Shown here one piece after another: positions 10,331 to 18,613 of a stretch of 64,000 nt of DNA. This DNA is from Planctomycetota bacterium (GTDB lineage Bacteria; Planctomycetota; MHYJ01; WSZJ01). The stretch lies in contig JBBTCT010000009.1 in assembly GCA_038060895.1 (NCBI GenBank), forward strand, positions 208,082 through 272,081. Reading direction: 5' to 3'. The notes below the pieces were generated by a model. The model made no database searches. It was not told the origin of the DNA and saw nothing but the letters and a program-made list of their open reading frames with translations. A program made the translations under genes and the position numbers. Each line of letters starts with the position of its first letter. Positions within the stretch are counted from its first letter, which is position 1.

Positions 10331-11728
10331 CTACGTGTCGGGAATCAGCTTTCCGGGGTTGAGAATTCCCCTCGGATCAAACGCCGCCTTCACCCTCCGC
10401 ATCAGGTCAATCTCTTCCTTCGTCATCGCGATCGGCAGCCACTCGCGTTGGACGTACCCGATCCCGTGCTCACCGCTGATGGTCCCTCCGAGCTTGACGA
10501 CCTCCGTGAAGATCTCGCGAATGGCGGGCGGGAGCTTTTCTTCCCAATCCTTGTCGCTCATCGTCATCTTGAGGATGTTGACGTGGATGTTGCCGTCGCC
10601 GGCGTGCCCATAGCAGATGGTGGTGAGGCCGTGGCGTTTCTTGATGCCGTCGAGGGCGCGCATGAGTTTGGGGAGGTTGGCGCGAGGGACGACGGTGTCC
10701 TCTTCCTTGTAGATCGACAGCCCCTTCACCGCTTCGCCGATCGCCCGGCGCATGTCCCACATCTCCTTCTGCTGAGTCGGCGAGTCCGCGACGATGACGT
10801 CGAGCGCGTTGTTTTCGAGGCAGACTTCGCCGGTGCGCTCGCCGTCGCGCTGGACGACGTCCTTGTCGTAGCCGTCGACTTCGATCAGCAGGGTGGCTGC
10901 GGCTTCCATGCCGGGGAAGTGCTTTCCGCGCTTTTTCGCGGCGGCCTGGATGGCGGCGGATTCCATGAACTCGGTGGCGCAGGGGATGATGCGGGCTTCG
11001 AAGATCTTCGTGAGGGCGACGGCGGCGCCTTCGAGGGAGTCGAACGTCGCGACGAGAGTGCTGCGGAAGGGCGGGTATGGGATGAGTTTTACGATGATCT
11101 TCGTGACGATCGCCAGCGTGCCTTCGCTTCCTACCAGCAGCTGCGTGATGTTGTAGCCGGTCACGTTTTTGAGCAATTTGCCGCCGGTGTTGATGACCGT
11201 GCCGTCGGCGAGCACCGCTTCCAGCCCGAGAATCCAGTCTTTCGTCACGCCGTACTTCAGCGCGCGCGGGCCGCCGGCGCACTCGGCGACGTTGCCGCCC
11301 ATCATGCAGGAGCCGCGGGAAGCAGGATCCGGCGGGTAGAAGAGGCCTTCCTTTTCGACGGCTTCCTGGAGGACCTGGGTGATGACGCCGGGCTCGAGGA
11401 CGGCCATGAGGTTGGCGCGGTCGATTTCGATGATGCGGTTCATCTTCTCGAGGGAGAGGGCGATGCCGCCTTTGACCGGGAGCGCGCCGCCGCTCAGGCC
11501 GGTTCCGGCGCCGCGGGGGGTGACGGGGATCGCGTGCTGCGAGGCGATCTTCATGACGGCGCTGACCTGCGCGGTCGTCGTCGGCGTGACGGCGACGGCG
11601 GGCCAGAAGACGAGGTCCTCGGTTTCGTCGCTGGCGTACTTCTCGAGGGGCTCGCGGTCGACGATGAGATTTTCGCGGCCGACGGCGTCGCGAAGCTGGG
11701 CGACGACGGCGGCGGGGAGGGAGTGCAT
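10331..11728 (-). CDS. FAD-linked oxidase, GlcD / D-2-hydroxyacid dehydrogenase family
   Basis: PRGAGTGLSGG, PPDPAS, GSEGTL, GHAGDGNIH, SGEHGIG, LNPGK motifs. Confidence 0.93.
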   Translation of the reverse strand: MHSLPAAVVAQLRDAVGRENLIVDREPLEKYASDETEDLVFWPAVAVTPTTTAQVSAVMKIASQHAIPVTPRGAGTGLSGGALPVKGGIALSLEKMNRIIEIDRANLMAVLEPGVITQVLQEAVEKEGLFYPPDPASRGSCMMGGNVAECAGGPRALKYGVTKDWILGLEAVLADGTVINTGGKLLKNVTGYNITQLLVGSEGTLAIVTKIIVKLIPYPPFRSTLVATFDSLEGAAVALTKIFEARIIPCATEFMESAAIQAAAKKRGKHFPGMEAAATLLIEVDGYDKDVVQRDGERTGEVCLENNALDVIVADSPTQQKEMWDMRRAIGEAVKGLSIYKEEDTVVPRANLPKLMRALDGIKKRHGLTTICYGHAGDGNIHVNILKMTMSDKDWEEKLPPAIREIFTEVVKLGGTISGEHGIGYVQREWLPIAMTKEEIDLMRRVKAAFDPRGILNPGKLIPDT

Positions 11729-11833
11729 GGGCGAAGCGTACCAGACGGGAAATCCCCCGCGAACAGGAGGGCTCAACTCCGCTTCGCCCCGAAGCCGATA
11801 TACGGAATGCGGATCCCCCGCAGAGGAGACCCT

Positions 11834-12703
11834 ATGCCGACCGAAGCCGTCGCAGAAAAGAAGTCCTCCGCTTCCGAGAAACCGCAGTCCGTTCTCGCCC
11901 GGTACGGATTTTCAGCCTCCGTCGCGGTGCTCGGCGTTCTGATGCTGGTGCTCATTCACCGCTCGGTCTACGCGTACCTCACCAGCGGCGATGACTACAC
12001 GATCGATCTCGCGACGCTGCACGTCGCTGACCGCCCGGAATGGGCGGGGGACGGCCTGATCTCGGAAATCAAGTCGACCGCGCCGCTCTCCGGCAAGATG
12101 TCCATCTTCGACCCGGACCTCACGAAAAACGTGACCGAGCACTACCAGAAAAACCCCTGGGTCTCGCGGGTCCTGTCCGTGCAGAAGGAATTCCCGAATA
12201 CCCTTCGCGTGAAAGTCGAGATGCGCAAGCCGCTGGTCGCGGTCGAGCGGAAGGGCGAATTCATCCTGATCGACCGTGACGGCGTGCGGATTCCCGGCTC
12301 TTACGTGAACGTGCCGAAGTTCACCTTCACGGTCTGCCGGGTGCTGGGCGTCCGTTCGACGCCGCCGGAAGCCGGCAAGAAGTGGAGCGACGTCGGGGTC
12401 GATGCGGCCGTCGGCGTCGCTTCGGCCCTCTCCGAGAACCGTGTCGACCGCATGATGACCGTGCACTCGATCGACGTGTCGCGCGTCGGGCGCGGCGGGC
12501 GCGAGACCGAGGTCATCCTTCACGCCGAGGACAGCGTGCCGATCGAGTGGGGCCGGTCGCCGTCATCGCGCGAGTACGGCGAGCTGACCGTGGAGGAGAA
12601 GGTGCGAAATCTGAAAGGTGTGCTGATGAGCCAGCCGAGGCTGAAGGGCGTCGGGCGGGTGAAGGTGCAGTTCGACGACCCGGTGGTGATCATGCGGAGA
12701 TAG
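11834..12703 (+). CDS. ftsQ: FtsQ/DivIB-like membrane protein (POTRA domain)
   Basis: GAGGAG RBS, single TM, PWVSRVLSVQKEFPNTLRVKVEMRKP...LIDRDG pattern typical of FtsQ. Confidence 0.7.
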   Translation: MPTEAVAEKKSSASEKPQSVLARYGFSASVAVLGVLMLVLIHRSVYAYLTSGDDYTIDLATLHVADRPEWAGDGLISEIKSTAPLSGKMSIFDPDLTKNVTEHYQKNPWVSRVLSVQKEFPNTLRVKVEMRKPLVAVERKGEFILIDRDGVRIPGSYVNVPKFTFTVCRVLGVRSTPPEAGKKWSDVGVDAAVGVASALSENRVDRMMTVHSIDVSRVGRGGRETEVILHAEDSVPIEWGRSPSSREYGELTVEEKVRNLKGVLMSQPRLKGVGRVKVQFDDPVVIMRR

Positions 12704-12732
12704 AACCGCGCGGCTGGAAAAACGTTCAATAG

Positions 12733-12761
12733 ACGGGCCGGCGAGATGCCGGCCCGTTTTT
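12733..12761 (+). terminator. Rho-independent terminator
   Basis: ACGGGCCGGC-GAGAT-GCCGGCCCGT followed by TTTT. Confidence 0.75.
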
Positions 12762-12774
12762 CTTGAGGAGGCGC

Positions 12775-13353
12775 ATGAGCCGGCTGTTGCTCGCGTTCGC
12801 GCTGGTCCAGGGGCTCGCAGCTGCGGCCTTTCTGTGGGCGCCCCTGCCCCCGGAGGGTCGCGCCCCAGGGGACCTTCTGCCCTGGACGCTCGGCGCCGCG
12901 GCGTGCTTCATGCTCGTCGCCTGGCCGCTGCTGGAAGCGCGCGTGGAAGGCGTCGAGCAGCCGTACCGGGACGAAGCACTCGCGGTGGCCGGCCGCGGAG
13001 TGCTTCTGCTGCTCGCGGTCGTGCCGTTCGTGTCCGCCTCGCTCGCGCTGGCACCGCTCCCTGCGCGCGAATCGTTGCGCGCTCTTTTGCCGCTCCTGGG
13101 CGCCTGGGGCGCCGGCGGACTGCTCGCATGGTCCGTGCGCGCCGGCGGCGCCGAAGTCGGGCGCGCGGTGGCGGCGGCGGCGCTCGCGGGGCTCGCGCTC
13201 GGGCCGATCGCGCGGATGCTCTCGGGCGCGGCGGGTGCAGACCCCGGGCCCTCGATCACCGTGGCCGGCAAGCCCTGGCTGCTCCTTGCGGCCCCGCTGT
13301 TCGTGGCGGCGGCGGTCATGGCGCGGCGGCTGCGCGGAACGGAGGCGGCATGA
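12775..13353 (+). CDS. Hypothetical integral membrane protein
   Basis: GAGGAGG RBS, about 6 hydrophobic helices; its stop overlaps the next start (ATGA). Confidence 0.7.
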   Translation: MSRLLLAFALVQGLAAAAFLWAPLPPEGRAPGDLLPWTLGAAACFMLVAWPLLEARVEGVEQPYRDEALAVAGRGVLLLLAVVPFVSASLALAPLPARESLRALLPLLGAWGAGGLLAWSVRAGGAEVGRAVAAAALAGLALGPIARMLSGAAGADPGPSITVAGKPWLLLAAPLFVAAAVMARRLRGTEAA

Positions 13354-14780
13354 AGCGCGTCCTCGCCATCGTCCTGCTTGCCGCTCTTCCCGCCCCGGCG
13401 CTCACCCTCGAACTGGTCTCGTTCGGTTTCGACAAGATTGCCCGGCGAGGAAGGCCAGCTCCCGTCACCGTGCGGGTGTCAAGCGATGTGGCGTTCAAAG
13501 GGGATCTGTCTCTCGAGGGTGGACCGGTGACGCGCCTGTTCCCGCTCGACCTTCCGCCCCGCGGCTCCCTCGAATTGCGCACGACGTTCACTTTCTACGC
13601 AACGCCGGAAATCCAGTGGCGAGCCGGCCCGGAGTCGGGAACGCTGAAACTCGAACCTCAGGAACCGCTTCCCGGCGAAGCGCTGGTCGCCTCGGAGCGC
13701 GACGCGGTAGGGAGGCGCGCGGACAAGTACAAGATGGACTTCCCTCCCGGGACGCGGTTTTTCTTCGTCGAGTTCCCGAGGGACGCGACGCCTGAATTGT
13801 TCGCGGCCGTGGACGCGATCGTCCTCAAGGATCGCGGGGAGAGGGAAGCGCCGCTTCCCGGCCTCGCGGCGTTCCGGGCGCGGGGCGGAGCGATCCTGTG
13901 GGTCGGGGAAGCTGGGAAGGAGTGGGAAGGGCGGGTGGATCCGCGGGAAGACCTGTCGTGGGGCGAGGACCTGTACGCGGTGCTGGAGCGGCCGGCGTGG
14001 GCGGCGGGGCCGCGGCCGTACCTGGCGAGGCTGTTCGGGTTCGCGCTCGCGCCTGTGCTCCTGGCGGCGCTGGCGGGCGCGCTGGTTCCCGGGAGCGTCC
14101 GGCTCCGCGGCGCCGTCGCGGCCGTGCTTCTGGTCGCGGGTGCCGCGCTCGCGCCGCTGGCCGCACCGCGGACGCTCGCGATGCGCGAGTCCTGGGCCAT
14201 CGAGATCCTGCGGGGGCGGGAAGCCGACCGGCTGGAGATTTCCGCCGGAACGCTTCCGTCGAAAGGTTCGCCGTCGTTCGCATTCGCGGCGGGGCCTGTC
14301 CCCGAGCCCGTTTTCTTCTCGCGACGCGACGCGATGGAGCGGCGCGTGACGGTAAGGCACGAACCGGGCGGATACGAGATCTCAGCCGGCCAGGCAGCGG
14401 CCGGTGCGACGCTGGGCGTCATTCGCGAGACCCACCGGGCCGTTCCCGGCGTCATCCGTTCCGAAGGCTTCGACGCGATCAACGAGTCTACACGGGACCT
14501 GAAGGACAGTTTCATCATCGAAAAGGGGCGAGCCGGATGGATCGGCGATCTGCCGGCAGGAAGCTCGCGCGCGGCGCAGGGTTCACTACGGATGAGCGAA
14601 GTGCGCTCAAAGCTGGGCGCGACTCCGTGGCGGCGGATGGCGGAATTCTGGTGGCGCCGCGCGGACCACGACGGGCGCTACCTGGTCGGATTCGCGGAAG
14701 AAGAGCCGTCCCGCGAAGGGGAGGCGGCAGTCAGGCGAGGGCTCGGAGTGATGGTCGTGGTGCCGCTTAAGCGAAACTGA
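13350..14780 (+). CDS. Hypothetical exported/membrane protein
   Basis: GGAGG RBS, signal peptide MKRVLAIVLLAALPAPA, two internal TM helices. Confidence 0.7.
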   Translation: MKRVLAIVLLAALPAPALTLELVSFGFDKIARRGRPAPVTVRVSSDVAFKGDLSLEGGPVTRLFPLDLPPRGSLELRTTFTFYATPEIQWRAGPESGTLKLEPQEPLPGEALVASERDAVGRRADKYKMDFPPGTRFFFVEFPRDATPELFAAVDAIVLKDRGEREAPLPGLAAFRARGGAILWVGEAGKEWEGRVDPREDLSWGEDLYAVLERPAWAAGPRPYLARLFGFALAPVLLAALAGALVPGSVRLRGAVAAVLLVAGAALAPLAAPRTLAMRESWAIEILRGREADRLEISAGTLPSKGSPSFAFAAGPVPEPVFFSRRDAMERRVTVRHEPGGYEISAGQAAAGATLGVIRETHRAVPGVIRSEGFDAINESTRDLKDSFIIEKGRAGWIGDLPAGSSRAAQGSLRMSEVRSKLGATPWRRMAEFWWRRADHDGRYLVGFAEEEPSREGEAAVRRGLGVMVVVPLKRN

Positions 14781-14801
14781 CGATGCGAGAGGCCAGCGTG
14801 C

Positions 14802-16088
14802 CTATTTCTTCTTCTCCGTCGTCAGCGTCCGGATGTACTCGATCAGCGTCTTCATCTCGTCCTTCGAAAGTTGCGACGAATAGCTCGGCATCACGCCGCT
14901 GATGTTCATCGCCGGCCCGCCGTTCTCCAGCAGGTCGAAGAGATACTGGTCCGTCAGGTCGTTCATGCGTGCGCCGTCCGCAAGATTCGCCGCAACGAAC
15001 TCCTTCTTTGCGACTCCCGGCCCCTTGGAACGCGCCGTCGGGCCGTGGCACTCAGCGCACTTCATGCGGTCGTAGATTTCCCGCCCCGGGTGCGAGGCAT
15101 TCGGCATTTTTCCGGCCTTGATGTCCGCCCAGTCCTCGATGTCCTGCTCGATGCCGAGCACGAGACGCCAGTAAAGACGCTTCACGGAATCGCCCAGCAC
15201 TTTGGAAAGCTCGTCACGGCCGGCAATCACGGGAGGGTTCACGCCTGAAATCCCTGCGTCCGCGCCTTCGAAGGACTTCAGGAACGTGTCGACCGACGCC
15301 GTGTCCCGCTCCTTGCCCTTCAGAAGCACGACTTGCTCGAAGACCGCGGCCTTGTGGACTTTTTTTGCCTTGTCGATCGCCACGCCGATCGACACCTGTT
15401 TGCCCTCCGCCACGGGAATCCGCGTGAAGGCCACGTACCCTGCCAGGCCCGCCGTGTCGGGCGCCGGGACGGGTTCATCCACCTGCCGCGCGCGCCCCTT
15501 GACGTCCGACCAGACCGCGAAGACCGTCACCGTCGCGTCCCCGGGAGCCAGTTCGCTTCCCGACTTCGATTTCACCTGATCCGCCCGCGCCGGGGTCAGA
15601 ACCGATTCGTGCCGCGTCCAGTCGCCTGCCGCGACGAAATCCGGGATGTTCGGATGAAGCCTCCGCACCCACGCGAGGATGTCGTCCTGCTGGTGCGCAT
15701 TGAAGGTCGTGCTCCACGCCGGCATGATCCGCGACAGCTGCGACTTCGAATCCCGCCCGCCGTTTCCGAGAACGTCCAGCAGTTGCTCGTCCGACCGGCC
15801 GTTCATGTAAGAGCCGTCGGCAATGTTCCGCGGCCGGCGCCAGAGATAGGGGTCGCTCGGGCCGTCACCTTCTCCTCGCCACCCATGGCAGGCCGTGCAG
15901 TTCTGGTCGTACATCGTCCGCCCGTACATCGGGTCCACCGCGGACTCCGGGTCGCCCGGCTTGGGACGCAACTCCACCAGAATGTCGGAGCCCGGTTTCG
16001 GGCCGCCTTTCCTGAGCATCATCACGACCACGACGACGAGGATGATCAGCCCCGCCACCCCGATCGCCACCACCACCGGCTTCTTCAT
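14802..16088 (-). CDS. Membrane-anchored di-haem c-type cytochrome with a central FMN-bind-like domain
   Basis: N-terminal TM; CTACH...MPAW and CAECH...MPSY class I cytochrome c domains. Confidence 0.85.
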   Translation of the reverse strand: MKKPVVVAIGVAGLIILVVVVVMMLRKGGPKPGSDILVELRPKPGDPESAVDPMYGRTMYDQNCTACHGWRGEGDGPSDPYLWRRPRNIADGSYMNGRSDEQLLDVLGNGGRDSKSQLSRIMPAWSTTFNAHQQDDILAWVRRLHPNIPDFVAAGDWTRHESVLTPARADQVKSKSGSELAPGDATVTVFAVWSDVKGRARQVDEPVPAPDTAGLAGYVAFTRIPVAEGKQVSIGVAIDKAKKVHKAAVFEQVVLLKGKERDTASVDTFLKSFEGADAGISGVNPPVIAGRDELSKVLGDSVKRLYWRLVLGIEQDIEDWADIKAGKMPNASHPGREIYDRMKCAECHGPTARSKGPGVAKKEFVAANLADGARMNDLTDQYLFDLLENGGPAMNISGVMPSYSSQLSKDEMKTLIEYIRTLTTEKKK

Positions 16089-16122
16089 CTTCAGCCTCTC
16101 CCGGGTTTCCTTTTCCGCGACT

Positions 16123-17151
16123 CTACTTGCCGTTCCTCACCGGATACCGGCCCTTGTCGGAAAACGTGGCCCACCGGAACTTCATGTGGCATTCCGTGCA
16201 ATGAAGCGCCTCGACGGTCTTCCACGACTCCAGCGCCTTGGCGGCGTCCTTGCCGTTGACCACCGCCTCCATCTCGGCCAGGGCGCCGGCATACTCCTTG
16301 TCGATCGCCTTGAACTCGTCCAGCTCGTCCTCGAAGACGTGCGGCACCATGTGCTCGATCAGCCTCTGGTACGACTTCACCAGCGCGAAATTCTTCTTCG
16401 CCTCCTCGAGGTTCCCTTCCTCAAGCGCCATCCCCGCGCGCGTCCAGTACTTGCCCGTCTTCCTCATCGTCTCGTGCTGGATGATCATGTCCATGCGCTT
16501 GCCGTCGAACTCGTGGCCTGTGTCGTCGGCTTCGCCCGGAAGCACCGGAAGCTTGAATTCGACTTCGTCGTAGTTGCCGTCGTCGAACGTCACTTTCACC
16601 TTCAGGCGCAGCCGTCCGGGCGCGACGAAGCGGCAAGTGGAGCGGAAGATCCCCTTTTCCTTCAGCGCCTTGAACGTGAGCTTGGGATTCGACGTGGTAG
16701 AGCGGCCGCCGGCAAGTTCTGCAATGAGCTCGCACTCGGACTGCTCCACCTTCGTCGGCTTTCCCTTCGCCTCGGACGAGTTCGGCTGGATTTCCACGTG
16801 GAACTGCATTTCTTCGCCTGCGAAAAGTTTTGCGGGGCGCGAGAAGTATTTCGCGAGCCAGGTCTTGTCGCGCAGGTACTGCACCGCGCCGGCGTAGAAG
16901 CCGCGCTTTTCCTGGAAGAGCTTGAAGCACTGCTGGTTGCAGAAGTAATAGCGCTCGCCCTGGAAGTCCTCGAAAAAAGGCGCGGTGGACTTGTGGATGT
17001 TCATCTGGCAGACCGGGTCAACGGTCATGTCGTCCTGGGGGCCGCCCTTTGCGGGAGGAGGCATCGGCTCTTTAGGATCCTGCGCCGGCACGGACAGCGC
17101 GACGGCGACGAGGGTGGCGGACACGACGGAAAATGCGAAGAAGCGCTTCAT
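16123..17151 (-). CDS. Exported YHS-domain protein with C-terminal cytochrome c'-like haem site
   Basis: AGGAGG RBS, signal peptide, DPVCQM...YYFCNQQC (YHS), C-terminal CTECH after a helical region. Confidence 0.82.
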   Translation of the reverse strand: MKRFFAFSVVSATLVAVALSVPAQDPKEPMPPPAKGGPQDDMTVDPVCQMNIHKSTAPFFEDFQGERYYFCNQQCFKLFQEKRGFYAGAVQYLRDKTWLAKYFSRPAKLFAGEEMQFHVEIQPNSSEAKGKPTKVEQSECELIAELAGGRSTTSNPKLTFKALKEKGIFRSTCRFVAPGRLRLKVKVTFDDGNYDEVEFKLPVLPGEADDTGHEFDGKRMDMIIQHETMRKTGKYWTRAGMALEEGNLEEAKKNFALVKSYQRLIEHMVPHVFEDELDEFKAIDKEYAGALAEMEAVVNGKDAAKALESWKTVEALHCTECHMKFRWATFSDKGRYPVRNGK

Positions 17152-17354
17152 GGATCCTCCTGATGTACGGGAGAAAATACCAGACTGTGCCGGGTCCGTG
17201 GAGGGAAACTCGGCATGCCCGAAGGAGGTACGCAACGGGAGTGCCGGGGGGATTGAAATCCGTAACTGCTGGTGGGCCGGGGGCTAACGAAAGTTTGAAT
17301 CTCGCGAACCGGCCGGCCGGGTGTTTCCCCGTAGCCCGGCGGTAACGCCGGCAC

Positions 17355-17393
17355 AAATAAAAACAGCCTCTCCGCACGGAGCGGAGGGGCTGT
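17355..17393 (-). terminator. Rho-independent terminator downstream of the ferredoxin
   Basis: 13-bp stem (ACAGCCTCTCCGC / GCGGAGGGGCTGT) followed by a T-rich run on the minus strand. Confidence 0.75.
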
Positions 17394-17413
17394 CTGCGGT
17401 TTTCTTCAGGCCC

Positions 17414-17650
17414 TTACTGGTCGCCGTCTTCGCCGATGGCGTCCACCGGGCACTCTTCCATCGCCTGCTTGCACTGCTCCTCTTCTTCCGGCGTCTCCGC
17501 CTGCTTGAAGACGTAGGAGTAGCCGCCCTCGTCGTTGCGCGTGAAGTTGGCGGGAGCGGTCTGGCGGCAGAGGTCGCAGTCAATGCACTGTGTGTCGGTG
17601 TAGAACTTGCCGCCGGCGTTGGTCGGGTACTTGTCGTTCTTGTCGGCCAT
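17414..17650 (-). CDS. Single-cluster [4Fe-4S] ferredoxin
   Basis: CIDCDLC...CPVDAIG; GAGGAG RBS. Confidence 0.92.
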   Translation of the reverse strand: MADKNDKYPTNAGGKFYTDTQCIDCDLCRQTAPANFTRNDEGGYSYVFKQAETPEEEEQCKQAMEECPVDAIGEDGDQ

Positions 17651-17768
17651 GGTGGTCTCCTCGATTTCGTTCCCCGCGGCGCGGGGGTATGGTGGAAAGA
17701 CTAACACGGTGCTGCGGGGCGTCAACATTCGTCTGAGTCCTCCAGCAGATAATCAAGCGGAGGCTATG

Positions 17769-17837
17769 CTAATGAATCCGCAGGGGCGCGGCGAGGCCCG
17801 GTTTGTTTTCGGTGTAGCGGTCGTTTTGATCGGCCAT
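17769..17837 (-). pseudogene. Truncated ferredoxin N-terminal fragment (22 aa)
   Basis: AGGAG RBS; MADQNDRYTENKPG parallels MADKNDKYPTNAGG of the neighbouring ferredoxin, then stops before the Cys motif. Confidence 0.55.
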
Positions 17838-17869
17838 GGCCAGTTCTCCTGAGGTGGGAAAGCGAAGAA

Positions 17870-18133
17870 TCAAGCCGCGGGAGTACCTGCCGGCGTCCCG
17901 GCGGGCGGGTCTTCGCCGATGGCGTCCACGGGGCATTCCTGCATCGCATCGCGGCACTGGGCGAGCTCTTCCTCCGTCGCCGGCTGGCGGGCCACGATGG
18001 AGATTCCCAGCTCCTCGTGCCGGGCGAAATTGTCCGGCGCGGCGATGCGGCAGACGTCGCAGTCGATGCAGGCGTCGTCGACGAAAAAGGGGCCCGGTGC
18101 ATTGGGTTGCAGCCGTGCGGCGGGATCGGCCAT
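17870..18133 (-). CDS. Single-cluster [4Fe-4S] ferredoxin (paralogue)
   Basis: CIDCDVC...CPVDAIG; AGGAG RBS. Confidence 0.9.
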   Translation of the reverse strand: MADPAARLQPNAPGPFFVDDACIDCDVCRIAAPDNFARHEELGISIVARQPATEEELAQCRDAMQECPVDAIGEDPPAGTPAGTPAA

Positions 18134-18302
18134 GCGGAATCTCCTGAACGCCGACGCTATTAGTAAAGCATTGTATTTATGAAGTGAGGATGCGACATGG
18201 GGTCCTGTTAGTCAATATCCAGCTTGATTAAAGAACCGGATTCGGCCCGCGGTTTTCCTCGAAAGGAATTCTGGAGGTTCCACCTCTGATTTTCGCGCCA
18301 CA

Positions 18303-18331
18303 TTGACAGCGCCACTCCTTCCCCCTAGCAT
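18303..18331 (+). promoter_or_regulatory. Sigma70-type promoter, near-leaderless transcript
   Basis: TTGACA-17 nt-TAGCAT ending 9 nt before ATG 18341; no SD sequence. Confidence 0.6.
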
Positions 18332-18340
18332 CCCCTCAAC

Positions 18341-18613
18341 ATGATTTCAAAAGACCTCCTCGACATCCTCGCCTGCCCCCTCTGCAAGGGCGACCTCCGC
18401 CTCGAGGGCGCCAAACTCCACTGCGCCAACCCTTCCTGCGGCTGCCGTTACGCCGTCATCGATGACATTCCGGACATGTTGATCGAGGAAGCGGAGCGCC
18501 CCTGTCCCAAGTGCTCGGCGCAGCGGAAGTGGGAGCCGGAGAACGATTCGCTGACGTGCGAAAAATGCGGCGAGCGGTTCGCGTGGCAGCGCTCGGGGGC
18601 TAAGGCCAAGTAG
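18341..18613 (+). CDS. Trm112-like protein with an extra zinc ribbon
   Basis: LLDILACPLCKGDL...YAVIDDIPDML, plus CPKC...CEKC. Confidence 0.85.
   Translation: MISKDLLDILACPLCKGDLRLEGAKLHCANPSCGCRYAVIDDIPDMLIEEAERPCPKCSAQRKWEPENDSLTCEKCGERFAWQRSGAKAK

Noticed and set aside
10448-12703. 751-aa plus-strand ORF
   Set aside because: The N-terminal part is antisense to the GlcD-like gene; the real start with an RBS is 11834.
17152-17354. Hairpin-rich leader upstream of the YHS gene as an ncRNA
   Set aside because: Only short GC hairpins; no recognisable RNA family signature.
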